A program made the translations under genes and the position numbers. From positions 25,792,001 through 25,856,000 of the forward strand of contig OZ024763.1 in assembly GCA_964016885.1 (NCBI GenBank): a DNA stretch of 64,000 nucleotides. The letters are read 5' to 3'. The notes beneath the pieces are model-generated. The model made no database searches. It was not told the DNA's origin and saw nothing but the letters and a program-made list of their open reading frames with translations. Positions 36,175-52,920 of this stretch are shown one piece after another. The stretch is from Eledone cirrhosa. Lineage: Eukaryota. Position 1 is the first letter of the stretch. Every line of letters starts with the position of its first letter.

Positions 36175-37045
36175 TTTATCATTTATTTTGTTTGACCTGT
36201 TTAGCTTGACTTGTTTTTTGGCTTAGGTGGTTAATGCCTTCTTCACCACTTTTTCAGTTTTAACATATATTTAGCTCTGGTTTTTTAACTATAGAGCGCT
36301 TGCCAGCATAACTCTGATTTTGCGTTTCGTTTCGCTTTTTCTACCCGCCGAAATGCGATTACCGCTGAATTTATATATAAATGAGGTTGGTGTTAGGAAG
36401 GGCATCCAGCTGTAGAAATCAAGCCAAAATCAGTTCCTGTAAGAGCAAAGCATGGTCAGCCGACAAGACACTGCCCACAACAGGACAACCCGTCTAACCC
36501 ATGCTAGCATGGAAGAACGGACGTAAAACGGTGATGATGATAACATCTTTCCTACTGGTTTATTAAAACATGTAAGGTAAATTATTTGAATTTAGTTGGA
36601 CTCAAATGAGTTATTCTTCCAAGAACGTGCAGTAAGAGACAAGACAAAATAATAATTCATAGGAAATTCATATATATATATAATTATAAAGTGAAATGAC
36701 AGGAGGCCAAATATGTTGAAGTTCCTTAATTTTCTTTTTTATTACTTTAAACACCTTGCACATTTCAGTGGCCAGGTTGTGTAAGAACCCGGTGACATCA
36801 TCAGGTGTAGATTGTGTAATATATGTATACCAACGAAATGATGGTAAACTTTAAGGAAGCAAGCAAAGATAAAACAGAGAGGAAAAACTGTGTGCTATGT
36901 TTTTGACTCAGAGACGGACGTAGTAGCATGCTGCCACATTGCATACACAGGCAGTATGCCGAATGAGCACTCGATGCTCTTAGGGAGCAGAGTATCAATA
37001 GTATGAACATATCAGGGACTCTCAGACGCGAGTCTACATGTTAAA

Positions 37046-37137
37046 ACATATCTGAGAAGCTTCCGATTCCAGAGTCAAGTTCGATCATTAATAGATCGTT
37101 CCTCGAGCTGATCAACAGTGAAACATATGTAATATGT
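37046..37137 (+). ncRNA. Hammerhead variant with long stem II (core CUGA-GA)
   Basis: acatat CUGAGA ... GAAA catatg UA atatgt; palindromic stem III. Confidence 0.6.
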
Positions 37138-37191
37138 AATTAAATATGTATATGATGCAATACTGATTCTTTGTTCCCTTATATATCAATG

Positions 37192-37229
<38 letters not shown>

Positions 37230-37904
37230 ATATATCTATATCTAGGGTGGGTAAAATTCCTGAGATACATGGACGAGTTCTCTCCGGTGGTCTTTGTCCT
37301 TCATCATTGCCGCCATGTCTGCGTCTCCCATAGACCAGTGTTTGTCCTTAGGGCATCAGTCTATGTCAACCTCGGTTTCCCTCTTCTAGTGTGTGCGTGT
37401 GGGACTCCCAAAGGACCACAGTGCAGTGTCAGCTCTGAATGTTGGTCAGTGAGCATGTCCAGCTAACCTCAGTCTGATGGCTGAACTCCTGCTATTTCAA
37501 CAGCTATGTGTGTATGTCATCATATCATCATTTAATGTCCATTTTCCACATTAGCATGGGTTAGACGGGCTGTCCCATTGTGAAACAAGCCAGGTCGAAT
37601 GATCATGTTTTGCTCATGCAGAACTGATTTTGGCTTGATTTCTACAGCTGGATGCCCTTCCTAACACCAACCACATTTACAGTGTGAGCTAGGTGGTTTT
37701 TGTCATGACACTCGCATGATCATTTTACAGTGTGGGCTGGGTGCTTTTTGTTGTGACACCTACACGACGACCTTATAGTGTGGGCTGGGTGCTCCTTGTT
37801 GTGATGTATATATATGTATATATATATATATATTACTATGTGTGTGTGTGGTCCTCCCCATGGACGTTAATCATTGATGATGATGATGATGATATATATA
37901 TTTA

Positions 37905-38742
37905 CAGGGTGCGGACGATATCTTTTCACAATTTTCAACTGCTAATTTTATGCAAATTTTTTTTACTTCTGTTGTCACTCTTGTCTTCATAAAAACAGTG
38001 ACTATATTTTCATTATTTATTTTCAGAATAATTGATTATGAATAATTTTGAACCTCCAAATTTGTGGAAGAGACACGGAGTTCTTCTTGGAATCTGCGCC
38101 GGGAGGACAAATAAGACCAGAAGTTCAACTCCCAGAACAGGTGGCTCGCTGTCTCATCCAAAGACGTGCCCAGAGTCATGCAGACAAAGTTTCCAGGTGT
38201 CGTCAGCAGTCAAGGTGACGTCATGCCACCTCACTTCTTCCCCGAGGGCCTCAAGCTGAACACCGATGGCTACATCCGCATTCTGAGCGAGGTAGTAAAA
38301 CCCTGGATCGACCAGGTAGCTGCAGGTAGGCCGTACATGTGGGCAGCAAGACTCAGCGACCTGTCATACCAGCCGAAAGACCCAAGCCTGGCTGTCAGAG
38401 AACTTCGTCGACCACACTTCACCTGACATCTGGCCTCCCAGGTCGCCTGACTACAACCCCTCGACTTCTTTGTGTGGGGCGCAGTGGAACGAGACACCAA
38501 CAGATCTAGCTGAAGGCCAGGATCACAAGTGCCTTTAGGGGCCTAAGTCGGGGGACAGTGATGAAGGCCTGTGGTCAGTTCCGAGGCCGTCATCGAAGCC
38601 AATGGCGGGTTTATCGAGTGAACTCGAAAGAACAAGTCATGAAGATAAACTGACTCAAGTTTGATAAGCATATCTTAAAAAATAAAACTACTGTGTTATT
38701 TTTTCCTAGACAGTAATCTTGCGAACAGATATCGTCCGCACC

Positions 38743-38745
<3 letters not shown>
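37905..38745 (+). mobile_element. Internally deleted Tc1/mariner-superfamily transposon, DD37D (maT) type
   Basis: TIRs cagggtgcggacgatatc / gatatcgtccgcaccctg, TA flanks; frameshifted transposase QQD-(37 aa)-D with WPPRSPDYNPLDFFVWG. Confidence 0.88.
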
Positions 38746-38810
<65 letters not shown>

Positions 38811-38892
38811 TGTATGTGTTGTTGTTGTTGATAATTAATCTTGTCACATGAAATCATGACTTTGGAAAAATTAAAATCCTTTATCATTGCAG

Positions 38893-41800
38893 CCACCACC
38901 ACCAACACTACCATCACCACTACTATCACCTCTATCACTACCAACACTACCACCACCACCACCAACACTACCATCACCACTACTATCACCTCTATCACTA
39001 CCAACACTACCACCACCAACAACACTACCATCAACACTACTATCACCTCTATCACTACCAACACTACCACCACCACCAACACTACCATCACCACTACTAT
39101 CACCTCTATCACTACCAACACTACCACCACCACCACCAACACTACCACCACCACCAACAACACTACCACCACCACTACTATCACCTCTATCACTACCAAC
39201 ACTACCACCACCACCACCAACACTACCATCACCACTACTATCACCTCTATCACTACCAACACTACCATCACCACTACTATCACCTCTATCACTACCAACA
39301 CTACCACCACCACCAACAACACTACCAACACCACTACTATCACCTCTATCACTACCAACACTACCACCACCACCAACACTACCACCACCACTACTATCAC
39401 CTCTATCACTACCAACACTACCACCACCACCAACAACACTACCACCACCACTACTATCACCTCTATCACTACCAACACTACCACCACCACCACCAACACT
39501 ACCACCACCACTACTATCACCTCTATCACTACCACCACCACTACTATCACCTCTATCACTACCAACACTACCACCACCACCACCAACACTACCATCACCA
39601 CTACTATCACCTCTATCACTACCAACACTACCACCACCACCACCAACACTACCACCAACAACACTACCACCACCACTACTATCACCTCTATCACTACCAA
39701 CACTACCACCACCACCAACACTACCATCACCACTACTATCACCTCTATCACTACCAACACTACCACCACCACCACCAACAACACTACCATCACCACTACT
39801 ATCACCTCTATCACTACCAACACTACCACCACCACCAACACTACCACCACCACTACTATCACCTCTATCACTACCAACACTACCACCACCACCAACACTA
39901 CCATCACCACTACTATCACCTCTATCACTACCAACACTACCACCACCACCACCAACACTACCACCACCACTACTATCACCTCTATCACTACCAACACTAC
40001 CACCACCACCAACACTACCATCACCACTACTATCACCTCTATCACTACCAACACCACCACCACCACCAACACTACCACCACCACTACTATCACCTCTATC
40101 ACTACCAACACTACCACCACCACCAACAACACTACCACCACCACCAACAACACTACCACCACCACTACTATCACCTCTATCACTACCAACACCACCACCA
40201 CCACCAACACTACCACCACCACTACTATCACCTCTATCACTACCAACACTACCACCACCACCACCAACACTACCACCACCACTACTATCACCTCTATCAC
40301 TACCAACACTACCACCACCACCACCAACACTACCATCACCACTACTATCACCTCTATCACTACCAACACTACCACCACCACCAACAACACTACCATCACC
40401 ACTACTATCACCTCTATCACTACCAACACTACCACCACCACCAACACTACCACCACCACTACTATCACCTCTATCACTACCAACACTACCACCACCACCA
40501 ACACTACCATCACCACTACTATCACCTCTATCACTACCAACACTACCACCACCACCACCAACACTACCACCACCACTACTATCACCTCTATCACTACCAA
40601 CACTACCACCACCACCAACACTACCACCACCACTACTATCACCTCTATCACTACCAACACTACCACCACCAACAACACTACCATCACCACTACTATCACC
40701 TCTATCACTACCAACACTACCACCACCACCAACACTACCACCACCACTACTATCACCTCTATCACTACCAACACTACCACCACCACCAACACTACCATCA
40801 CCACTACTATCACCTCTATCACTACCAACACTACCACCACCACCAACACTACTATCACCTCTATCACTACCAACACTACCAACACCACCAACAACACTAC
40901 CACCACCACTACTATCACCTCTATCACTACCAACACTACCACCACCAACAACACTACCATCACCACTACTATCGCCTCTATCACTACCAACACCACCACC
41001 ACCACCAACACTACCACCACCACTACTATCACCTCTATCACTACCAACACTACCACCACCACCAACAACACTACCACCACCACCACCAACACTACCACCA
41101 CCACTACTATCACCTCTATCCCTACCAACACTACCACCACCACCAACAACACTACCACCACCACTACTATCACCTCTATCACTACCAACACTACCACCAC
41201 CACCAACACTACCATCACCACTACTATCACCTCTATCACTACCAACACTACCACCACCACCACCAACACTACCATCACCACTACTATCACCTCTATCACT
41301 ACCAACACTACCACCACCACCAACACTACCACCACCACTACTATCACCTCTATCACTACCAACACTACCACCACCAACAACAACACTACCAACACCACTA
41401 CTATCACCTCTATCACTACCAACACTACCACCACCACCAACACTACCACCACCACTACTATCACCTCTATCACTACCAACACTACCACCACCACCAACAC
41501 TACCACCACCACTACTATCACCTCTATCACTACCAACACTACCACCACCACCAACACTACCAACACCACTACTAACACCTCTATCACTACCAACACTACC
41601 ACCACCACCAACACTACCACCACCACTACTATCACCTCTATCACTACCAACACTACCACCACCACCAACAACACTACCACCACCACTACTATCACCTCTA
41701 TCACTACCAACACTACCACCACCACCACCAACACTACCACCACCACTACTATCACCTCTATCACTACAACCACCACTACTATCACCTCTATCACTACCAA

Positions 41801-44800
41801 CACTACCACCACCACCACCAACACTACCATCACCACTACTATCACCTCTATCACTACCAACACTACCACCACCACCACCAACACTACCACCACCACCAAC
41901 AACACTACCACCACCACTACTATCACCTCTATCACTACCAACACTACCACCACCACCAACAACACTACCATCACCACTACTATCACCTCTATCACTACCA
42001 ACACCACCACCACCACCAACACTACCACCACCACTACTATCACCTCTATCACTACCAACACTACCACCAACAACACTACCACCACCACTACTATCACCTC
42101 TATCACTACCAACACTACCACCACCACCACCAACACTACCACCACCACTACTATCACCTCTATCACTACCACCACCACTACTATCACCTCTATCACTACC
42201 AACACTACCACCACCACCACCAACACTACCATCACCACTACTATCACCTCTATCACTACCAACACTACCACCACCACCACCAACACTACCACCACCACTA
42301 CTATCACCTCTATCACTACCAACACTACCACCACCACCAACAACACTACCATCACCACTACTATCACCTCTATCACTACCAACACCACCACCACCACCAA
42401 CACTACCATCACCACTACTATCACCTCTATCACTACCAAGACTACCACCACCACCAACAACACTACCATCACCACTACTATCACCTCTATCACTACCAAC
42501 ACTACCACCACCACCAACACTACCACCACCACTACTATCACCTCTATCACTACCAACACTACCACCACCACCAACACTACCATCACCACTACTATCACCT
42601 CTATCACTACCAACACTACCACCACCACCACCAACACTACCACCACCACTACTATCACCTCTATCACTACCAACACTACCACCACCACCAACACTACCAC
42701 CACCACTACTATCACCTCTATCACTACCAACACTACCACCACCAACAACACTACCACCACCACTACTATCACCTCTATCACTACCAACACTACCACCACC
42801 ACCAACACTACCACCACCACTACTATCACCTCTATCACTACCAACACTACCACCACCACCAACACTACCATCACCACTACTATCACCTCTATCACTACCA
42901 ACACTACCACCACCACCAACACTACTATCACCTCTATCACTACCAACACTACCACCACCACCAACACTACCATCACCACTACTATCACCTCTATCACTAC
43001 CAACACTACCACCACCACCACCAACACTACCACCACCACTACTATCACCTCTATCACTACCAACACTACAACCACCACCAACAACACTACCACCACAACT
43101 ACTATCACCTCTATCACTACCAACACTACCACCACCACCAACAACACTACCACCACCACTACTATCACCTCTATCACTACCAACACTACCACCACCACCA
43201 ACACTACCACCACCACTACTATCACCTCTATCACTACCAACACTACCACCACCAACAACACTACCATCAACACTACTATCACCTCTATCACTACCAACAC
43301 TACCACCACCACCAACACTACCATCACCACTACTATCACCTCTATCACTACCAACACTACCACCACCACCAACACTACCATCACCACTACTATCACCTCT
43401 ATCACTACCAACACTACCACCACCACCACCAACACTACCACCACCACTACTATCACCTCTATCACTACCAACACTACCACCACCACCAACAACACTACCA
43501 CCACCACTACTATCACCTCTATCACTACCAACACTACCACCACCACCAACAACACTACCACCACCACTACTATCACCTCTATCACTACCAACACTACCAC
43601 CACTAACAACACTACCACCACCACTACTATCACCTCTATCACTACCAACACTACCACCACCAACAACAACACTACCATCAACACTACTATCACCTCTATC
43701 ACTACCAACACTACCACCACCACCAACAACACTACCACCACCACTACTATCACCTCTATCACTACCAACACTACCACCACCACCAACACTACCACCACCA
43801 CTACTATCACCTCTATCACTACCAACACTACCACCACCAACAACACTACCACCACCACTACTATCACCTCTATCACTACCAACACTACCACCACCACCAA
43901 CAACACTACCACCACCACTACTATCACCTCTATCACTACCAACACTCACCACCACCAACAACACTACCACCACCACTACTATCACCTCTATCACTACCAC
44001 ACCACCACCAACAACAACACTACCACCACCACTACTATCACCTCTATCACTACCAACACTACCACCACCAACAACACTACCACCACCACTACTATCACCT
44101 CTATCACTACCAACACTACCACCACCACCAACAACACTACCACCACCACTACTATCACCTCTATCACTACCAACACTACCACCACCACCAACAACACTAC
44201 CACCACCACTACTATCACCTCTATCACTACCAACACTACCACCACCACCAACAACACTACCACCACCACTACTATCACCTCTATCACTACCAACAATACC
44301 ACCACCAACAACAACACTACCACCACCACTACTATCACCTCTATCACTACCAACACTACCACCACCTACAACAACACTACCACCACCACTACTATCACCT
44401 CTATCACTACCAACACTACCACCACCAACAACAACACTACCACCACCACTACTATCACCTCTATCACTACCAACACTACCACCACCAACAACAACTACCA
44501 CCACCACTACTATCACCTCTATCACTACCAACACTACCACCACCACCAACAACACTACCACCACCACTACTATCACCTCTATCACTACCAACACTACCAC
44601 CACCACCAACAACACTACCACCACCACTACTATCACCTCTATCACTACCAACACTACTACCACCACCACCAACAACACTACCACCACCACTACTATCACC
44701 TCTATCACTACCAACACTACCACCACCACCAACAACACTACCACCACCACTACTATCACCTCTATCACTACCAACACTACCACCACCACCAACAACACTA

Positions 44801-47800
44801 CCATCACCACTACTATCACCTCTATCACTACCAACACTACCACCACCACCAACAACAACACTACCACCACCACTACTATCACCTCTATCACTACCAACAC
44901 TACCACCACCACCAACAACACTACCACCACCACTACTATCACCTCTATCACTACCAACACTACCACCACTAACAACACTACCACCACCACTACTATCACC
45001 TCTATCACTACCAACACTACCACCACCAACAACAATACTACCACCACCACTACTATCACCTCTATCATTACCAACACTACCACCACTAACAACACTACCA
45101 CCACCACTACTATCACCTCTATCACTACCACCACCAACAACAACACTACCACCACCACTACTATCACCTCTATCACTACCAACACTACCACCACTAACAA
45201 CACTACCACCACCACTACTATCACCTCTATCACTACCAACACTACCACCACCACCAACAACACTACCACCTCCACTACTATCACCTCTATCACTACCAAC
45301 ACTACCACCACCAACAACAACACTACCACCACCACTACTATCACCTCTATCACTACCAACACTACCACCACCACCAACAACACTACCATCACCACTACTA
45401 TCACCTCTATCACTACCACCACCACCAACAACACTACCACCACCACTACTATCACCTCTATCACTACCACCACCACCAACAACACTACCACCACCACTAC
45501 TATCACCTCTATCACTACCAACACTACCACCACCACCAACACTACCACCACCACTACTATCACCTCTATCACTACCAACACTACCACCACCACCAACACT
45601 ACCATCACCACTACTATCACCTCTATCACTACCAACACTACCACCACCACCACCAACACTACCACCACCACTACTATCACCTCTATCACTACCAACACTA
45701 CAACCACCACCAACAACACTACCACCACAACTACTATCACCTCTATCACTACCAACACTACCACCACCACCAACAACACTACCACCACCACTACTATCAC
45801 CTCTATCACTACCAACACTACCACCACCACCAACACTACCACCACCACTACTATCACCTCTATCACTACCAACACTACCACCACTAACAACACTACCACC
45901 ACCACTACTATCACCTCTATCACTACCAACACTACCACTACCAACAACAACACTACCACCACCACTACTATCACCTCTATCACTACCAACACTACCACCA
46001 CCAACAACACTACCATCACCACTACTATCACCTCTATCACTACCAACACTACCACCACCACCACCAACAACACTACCATCACCACTACTATCACCTCTAT
46101 CACTACCAACACTACCACCACCACCAACAACACTACCACCACCACTACTATCACCTCTATCACTACCAACACTACCACCACCACCAACAACACTACCACC
46201 ACCACTACTATCACCTCTATCACTACCAACACTACCACCACTAACAACACTACCACCACTAACAACACTACCACCACCACTACTATCACCTCTATCACTA
46301 CCAACACTACCACCACCAACAACAACACTACCACCACCACTACTATCACCTCTATCATTACCAACACTACCACCACTAACAACACTACCACCACCACTAC
46401 TATCACCTCTATCACTACCACCACCAACAACAACACTACCACCACCACTACTATCACCTCTATCACTACCAACACTACCACCACTAACAACACTACCACC
46501 ACCACTACTATCACCTCTATCACTACCAACACTACCACCACCACCAACAACACTACCACCTCCACTACTATCACCTCTATCACTACCAACACTACCACCA
46601 CCAACAACAACACTACCACCACCACTACTATCACCTCTATCACTACCAACACTACCACCACCACCAACAACACTACCATCACCACTACTATCACCTCTAT
46701 CACTACCACCACCACCAACAACACTACCACCACCACTACTATCACCTCTATCACTACCACCACCACCAACAACACTACCACCACCACTACTATCACCTCT
46801 ATCACTACCAACACTACCACCACCACCAACAACACTACCACCACCACTACTATCACCTCTATCACTACCAACACTACTACCACCACCACCAACAACACTA
46901 CCACCACCACTACTATCACCTCTATCACTACCAACACTACCACCACCACCAACAACACTACCATCACCACTACTATCACCTCTATCACTACCAACACTAC
47001 CACCACCACCACCAACACTACCACCACCACTACTATCACCTCTATCACTACCAACACTACCACCACCACCAACAACACTACCACCACCACTACTATCACC
47101 TCTATCACTACCAACACTACCACCACCACCAACAACACTACCACCACCACTACTATCACCTCTATCACTACCAACACTACCACCACCACCAACACTACCA
47201 TCATCACTACTATCACCTCTATCACTACCAACACTACCACCACCACCAACAACACTACCACCACCACTACTATCACCTCTATCACTACCAACACTACCAT
47301 CACCACTACTATCACCTCTATCACTACCAACACTACTACCACCACCACCACCAACACTACCATTACCACTACTATCACCTCTATCACTACCAACACTACC
47401 ACCACCACCAACAACACTACCATCACCACTACTATCACCTCTATCACTACCAACACTACCACCACTACCAACAACACTACCACCACCACTACTATCACCT
47501 CTATCACTACCAACACTACCACCACCACTACTATCACCTCTATCACTACCAACACTACCACCACCACCAACAACACTACCACCACCACTACTATGACCTC
47601 TATCACTACCAACACTACCACCACCACCAACAACACTACCACCACCACTACTATCACCTCTATCACTACCAACACTACCACCACCACCACCAACACTACC
47701 ACCACCACTACTATCACCTCTATCACTACCAACACTACCACCACCCACCAACACTACCATCACCACTACTATCACCTCTATCACTACCAACACTACCACC

Positions 47801-50800
47801 ACCACCAACACTACCATCACCACTACTATCACCTCTATCACTACCAACACTACCACCACCAACAACACTACCACCACCACTACTATCACCTCTATCACTA
47901 CCAACACTACCACCACCACCAACACTACCACCACCACTACTATCACCTCTATCACTACCAACACTACCACCCAACACTACCACCACCACTACTATCACCT
48001 CTATCACTACCAACACTACCACCACCAACAACACTACCACCACCACTACTATCACCTCTATCACTACCAACACTACCACCACCAACAACACTACCACCAC
48101 CACTACTATCACCTCTATCACTACCAACACTACCACCACCACCAACAACACTACCACCACCACTACTATCACCTCTATCACTACCAACACTACCACCACC
48201 ACCAACACTACCATCACCACTACTATCACCTCTATCACTACCACACTACCACCACCAACAACACTACCACCACCACTACTATCACCTCTATCACTACCAA
48301 CACTACCACCACCACTACTATCACCTCTATCACTACCACACTACCACCACCACCAACACTACCATCACCACTACTATCACCTCTATCACTACCAACACTA
48401 CCACCACCACCAACAACACTACCACCACCACTACTATCACCTCTATCACTACCAACACTACCACCACCAACAACACTACCATCACCACTACTATCACCTC
48501 TATCACTACCAACACTACCACCACCACCAACAACACTACCATCACCACTACTATCACCTCTATCACTACCAACACTACCATCACCACTACTATCACCTCT
48601 ATCACTACCAACACTACCACCACCACCACCAACAACACTACCACCACCACTACTATCACCTCTATCACTACCAACACTACCACCACCACCAACAACACTA
48701 CCACCACCACTACTATCACCTCTATCACTACCAACACTACCACCACTAACAACACTACCACCACCACTACCAACACTACCACCACTAACAACACTACCAC
48801 CACCACTACTATCACCTCTATCACTACCACCACCACAACAACACTACCACCACCACTACTATCACCTCTATCACTACCAACACTACCACCACTAACAACA
48901 CTACCACCACCACTACTATCACCTCTATCACTACCAACACTACCACCACCACCAACAACACTACCACCTCCACTACTATCACCTCTATCACTACCAACAC
49001 TACCACACACCAACAACAACACTACCACCACCACTACTATCACCTCTATCACTACCAACACTACCACCACCACTACTATCACCTCTATCACTACCAACAC
49101 TACCACCACCACCAACAACACTACCATCACCACTACTATCACCTCTATCACTACCACCACCACCAACAACACTACCACCACCACTACTATCACCTCTATC
49201 ACTACCACCCACCACCAACAACACTACCACCACCACTACTATCACCTCTATCACTACCAACACTTCCACCACCACCAACACTACCACCACCACTACTATC
49301 ACCTCTATCACTACCAACACTACCACCACCACCAACACTACCATCACCACTACTATCACCTCTATCACTACCAACACTACCACCACCACCACCAACACTA
49401 CCACCACCACTACTATCACCTCTATCACTACCAACACTACCACCACCACCAACAACACTACCACCACCACTACTATCACCTCTATCACTACCAACACTAC
49501 CACCACCACCAACACTACCACCACCACTACTATCACCTCTATCACTACCAACACTACTACCACCACCAACAACACTACCATCACCACTACTATCACCTCT
49601 ATCACTACCAACACTACCACCACCACCACCAACAACACTACCATCACCACTACTATCACCTCTATCACTACCAACACTACCACCACCACCAACAACACTA
49701 CCACCACCACTACTATCACCTCTATCACTACCAACACTACCACCACCACCAACAACACTACCACCACCACTACTATCACCTCTATCACTACCAACACTAC
49801 CACCACTAACAACACTACCACCACCACTACTATCACCTCTATCACTACCAACACTACCACCACCAACAACAACACTACCACCACCACTACTATCACCTCT
49901 ATCATTACCAACACTACCACCACTAACAACACTACCACCACCACTACTATCACCTCTATCACTACCACCACCAACAACAACACTACCACCACCACTACTA
50001 TCACCTCTATCACTACCAACACTACCACCACTAACAACACTACCACCACCACTACTATCACCTCTATCACTACCAACACTACCAACACCACCAACAACAC
50101 TACCACCTCCACTACTATCACCTCTATCACTACCAACACTACCACCACCAACAACAACACTACCACCACCACTACTATCACCTCTATCACTACCAACACT
50201 ACCACCACCACCAACAACACTACCATCACCACTACTATCACCTCTATCACTACCACCACCACCAACAACACTACCACCACCACTACTATCACCTCTATCA
50301 CTACCAACACTACCACCACCACCAACAACACTACCACCACCACTACTATCACCTCTATCACTACCAACACTACTACCACCACCACTACTATCACCTCTAT
50401 CACTACCAACACTACCACCACCACCAACAACACTACCATCACCACTACTATCACCTCTATCACTACCAACACTACCACCACCACCACACACCCCACACTA
50501 CCACCACCACTACTATCACCACTACTTCACCTCATCACTACCACACTACCACACCACCACCAACACTACCACCACCACTACTATCACCTCTATCACTACC
50601 AACACTACCACCACCACCAACAACACTACCACCACCACTACTATCACCTCTATCACTACCAACACTACCACCACCACCAACAACACTACCACCACCACTA
50701 CTATCACCTCTATCACTACCAACACTACCACCACCACCAACACTACCATCATCACTACTATCACCTCTATCACTACCAACACTACCACCACCACCAACAA

Positions 50801-52920
50801 CACTACCACCACCACTACTATCACCTCTATCACTACCAACACTACCATCACCACTACTATCACCTCTATCACTACCAACACTACCACCACCACCAACAAC
50901 ACTACCACCACCACTACTATCACCTCTATCACTACCAACACTACCAACACCACTACTATCACCTCTATCACTACCCAACACTACCACCACCACCAACAAC
51001 ACTACCACCACCACTACTATCACCTCTATCACTACCAACACAACACCACACCACAACTATCACCTCTATCACTACCAACACAACCACCACCACCAACAAC
51101 ACTACCACCACCACTACTATCACCTCTATCACTACCAACACTACCACCACCACCAACAACACTACCACCACCACTACTATCACCTCTATCACTACCAACA
51201 CTACCACCACCACCACCAACACTACCACCACCACTACTATCACCTCTATCACTACCAACACTACCACCACCACCACCAACACTACCATCACCACTACTAT
51301 CACCTCTATCACTACCAACACTACCACCAACACTACCACCACCACTACTATCACCTCTATCACTACCAACACTACCACCACCACTACTATCACCTCAAAC
51401 ACTACCAACACTACCACCACCACCAACAACACTACCATCACCACTACTATCACCTCTATCACTACCAACACTACCACCACTACCAACAACACTACCACCA
51501 CCACTACTATCACCTCTATCACTACCAACACTACCACACCACAACAACACTACCACCACCACTACTATCACCTCTATCACTACCAACACTACCACCACCA
51601 CCAACACTACCACACCACTACTATCACCTCTATCACTACCAACACTACCACCACCAACAACACTACCACCACCACTACTATCACCTCTATCACTACCAAC
51701 ACTACCACCACCACCAACACTACCACCACCACTACTATCACCTCTATCACTACCAACACTACCACCACCAACACACTACCACCACCACTACATCACCTCT
51801 ATCACTACCAACACTACCACCACCACCAACACTACCACCACCACTACTATCACCTCTATCACTACCAACACTACCACCACCACCAACACTACCATCACCA
51901 CTACTAACACCTCTATCACTACCAACACTACCACCACCAACAACACTACCACCACCACTACTATCACCTCTATCACTACCAACACTACCACCACCACCAA
52001 CACTACCACCACCACTACTATCACCTCTATCACTACCAACACTACCACCACCACCAACACTACCACCACCACTACTATCACCTCTATCACTACCAACACT
52101 ACCACCACCAACAACACTACCACCACCACTACTATCACCTCTATCACTACCAACACTACCACCACCACCAACACTACCACCACCACCAACACTACCATCA
52201 CCACTACTATCACCTCTATCACTACCAACACTACCACCACCACCAACAACACTACCACCACCACTACTATCCCTCTATCACTACCAACACTACCACCACC
52301 ACTACTATCACCTCTATCACTACCAACACTACCACCACCAACAACACTACCACCACCACTACTATCACCTCTATCACTACCAACACTACCACCACCACCA
52401 ACACTACCACCACCACTACTATCACCTCTATCACTACCAAAACTACCACCACCACCAACACTACCATCACCACTACTATCACCTCTATCACTACCAACAC
52501 TACCACCACCACCAACAACACTACCACCACCACTACTATCACCTCTATCACTACCAACACTACCACCACCAACAACACTACCACCACCACTACTATCACC
52601 TCTATCACTACCAACACTACCACCACCACCAACAACACTACCACCACCACTACTATCACCTCTATCACTACCAACACTACCAACACTACCATCACCACTA
52701 CTATCACCTCTATCACTACCAACACTACCACCACCACCAACACTACCATCACCACTACTATCACCTCTATCACTACCAACACTACCATTACCACTACTAT
52801 CACCTCTATCACTACCAACACTACCACCACCACCAACAACACTACCATCACCACTACTATCACCTCTATCACTACCAACACTACCACCACCAACGACAAC
52901 ACTACCATTACCACTATCAC
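38893..52920. repeat. ~14-kb minisatellite with variable ~54-63 bp unit actactatcacctctatcactaccaacact(acc)n aacact(acc)n
   Basis: Directly visible; almost no G on the + strand. Confidence 0.95.
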
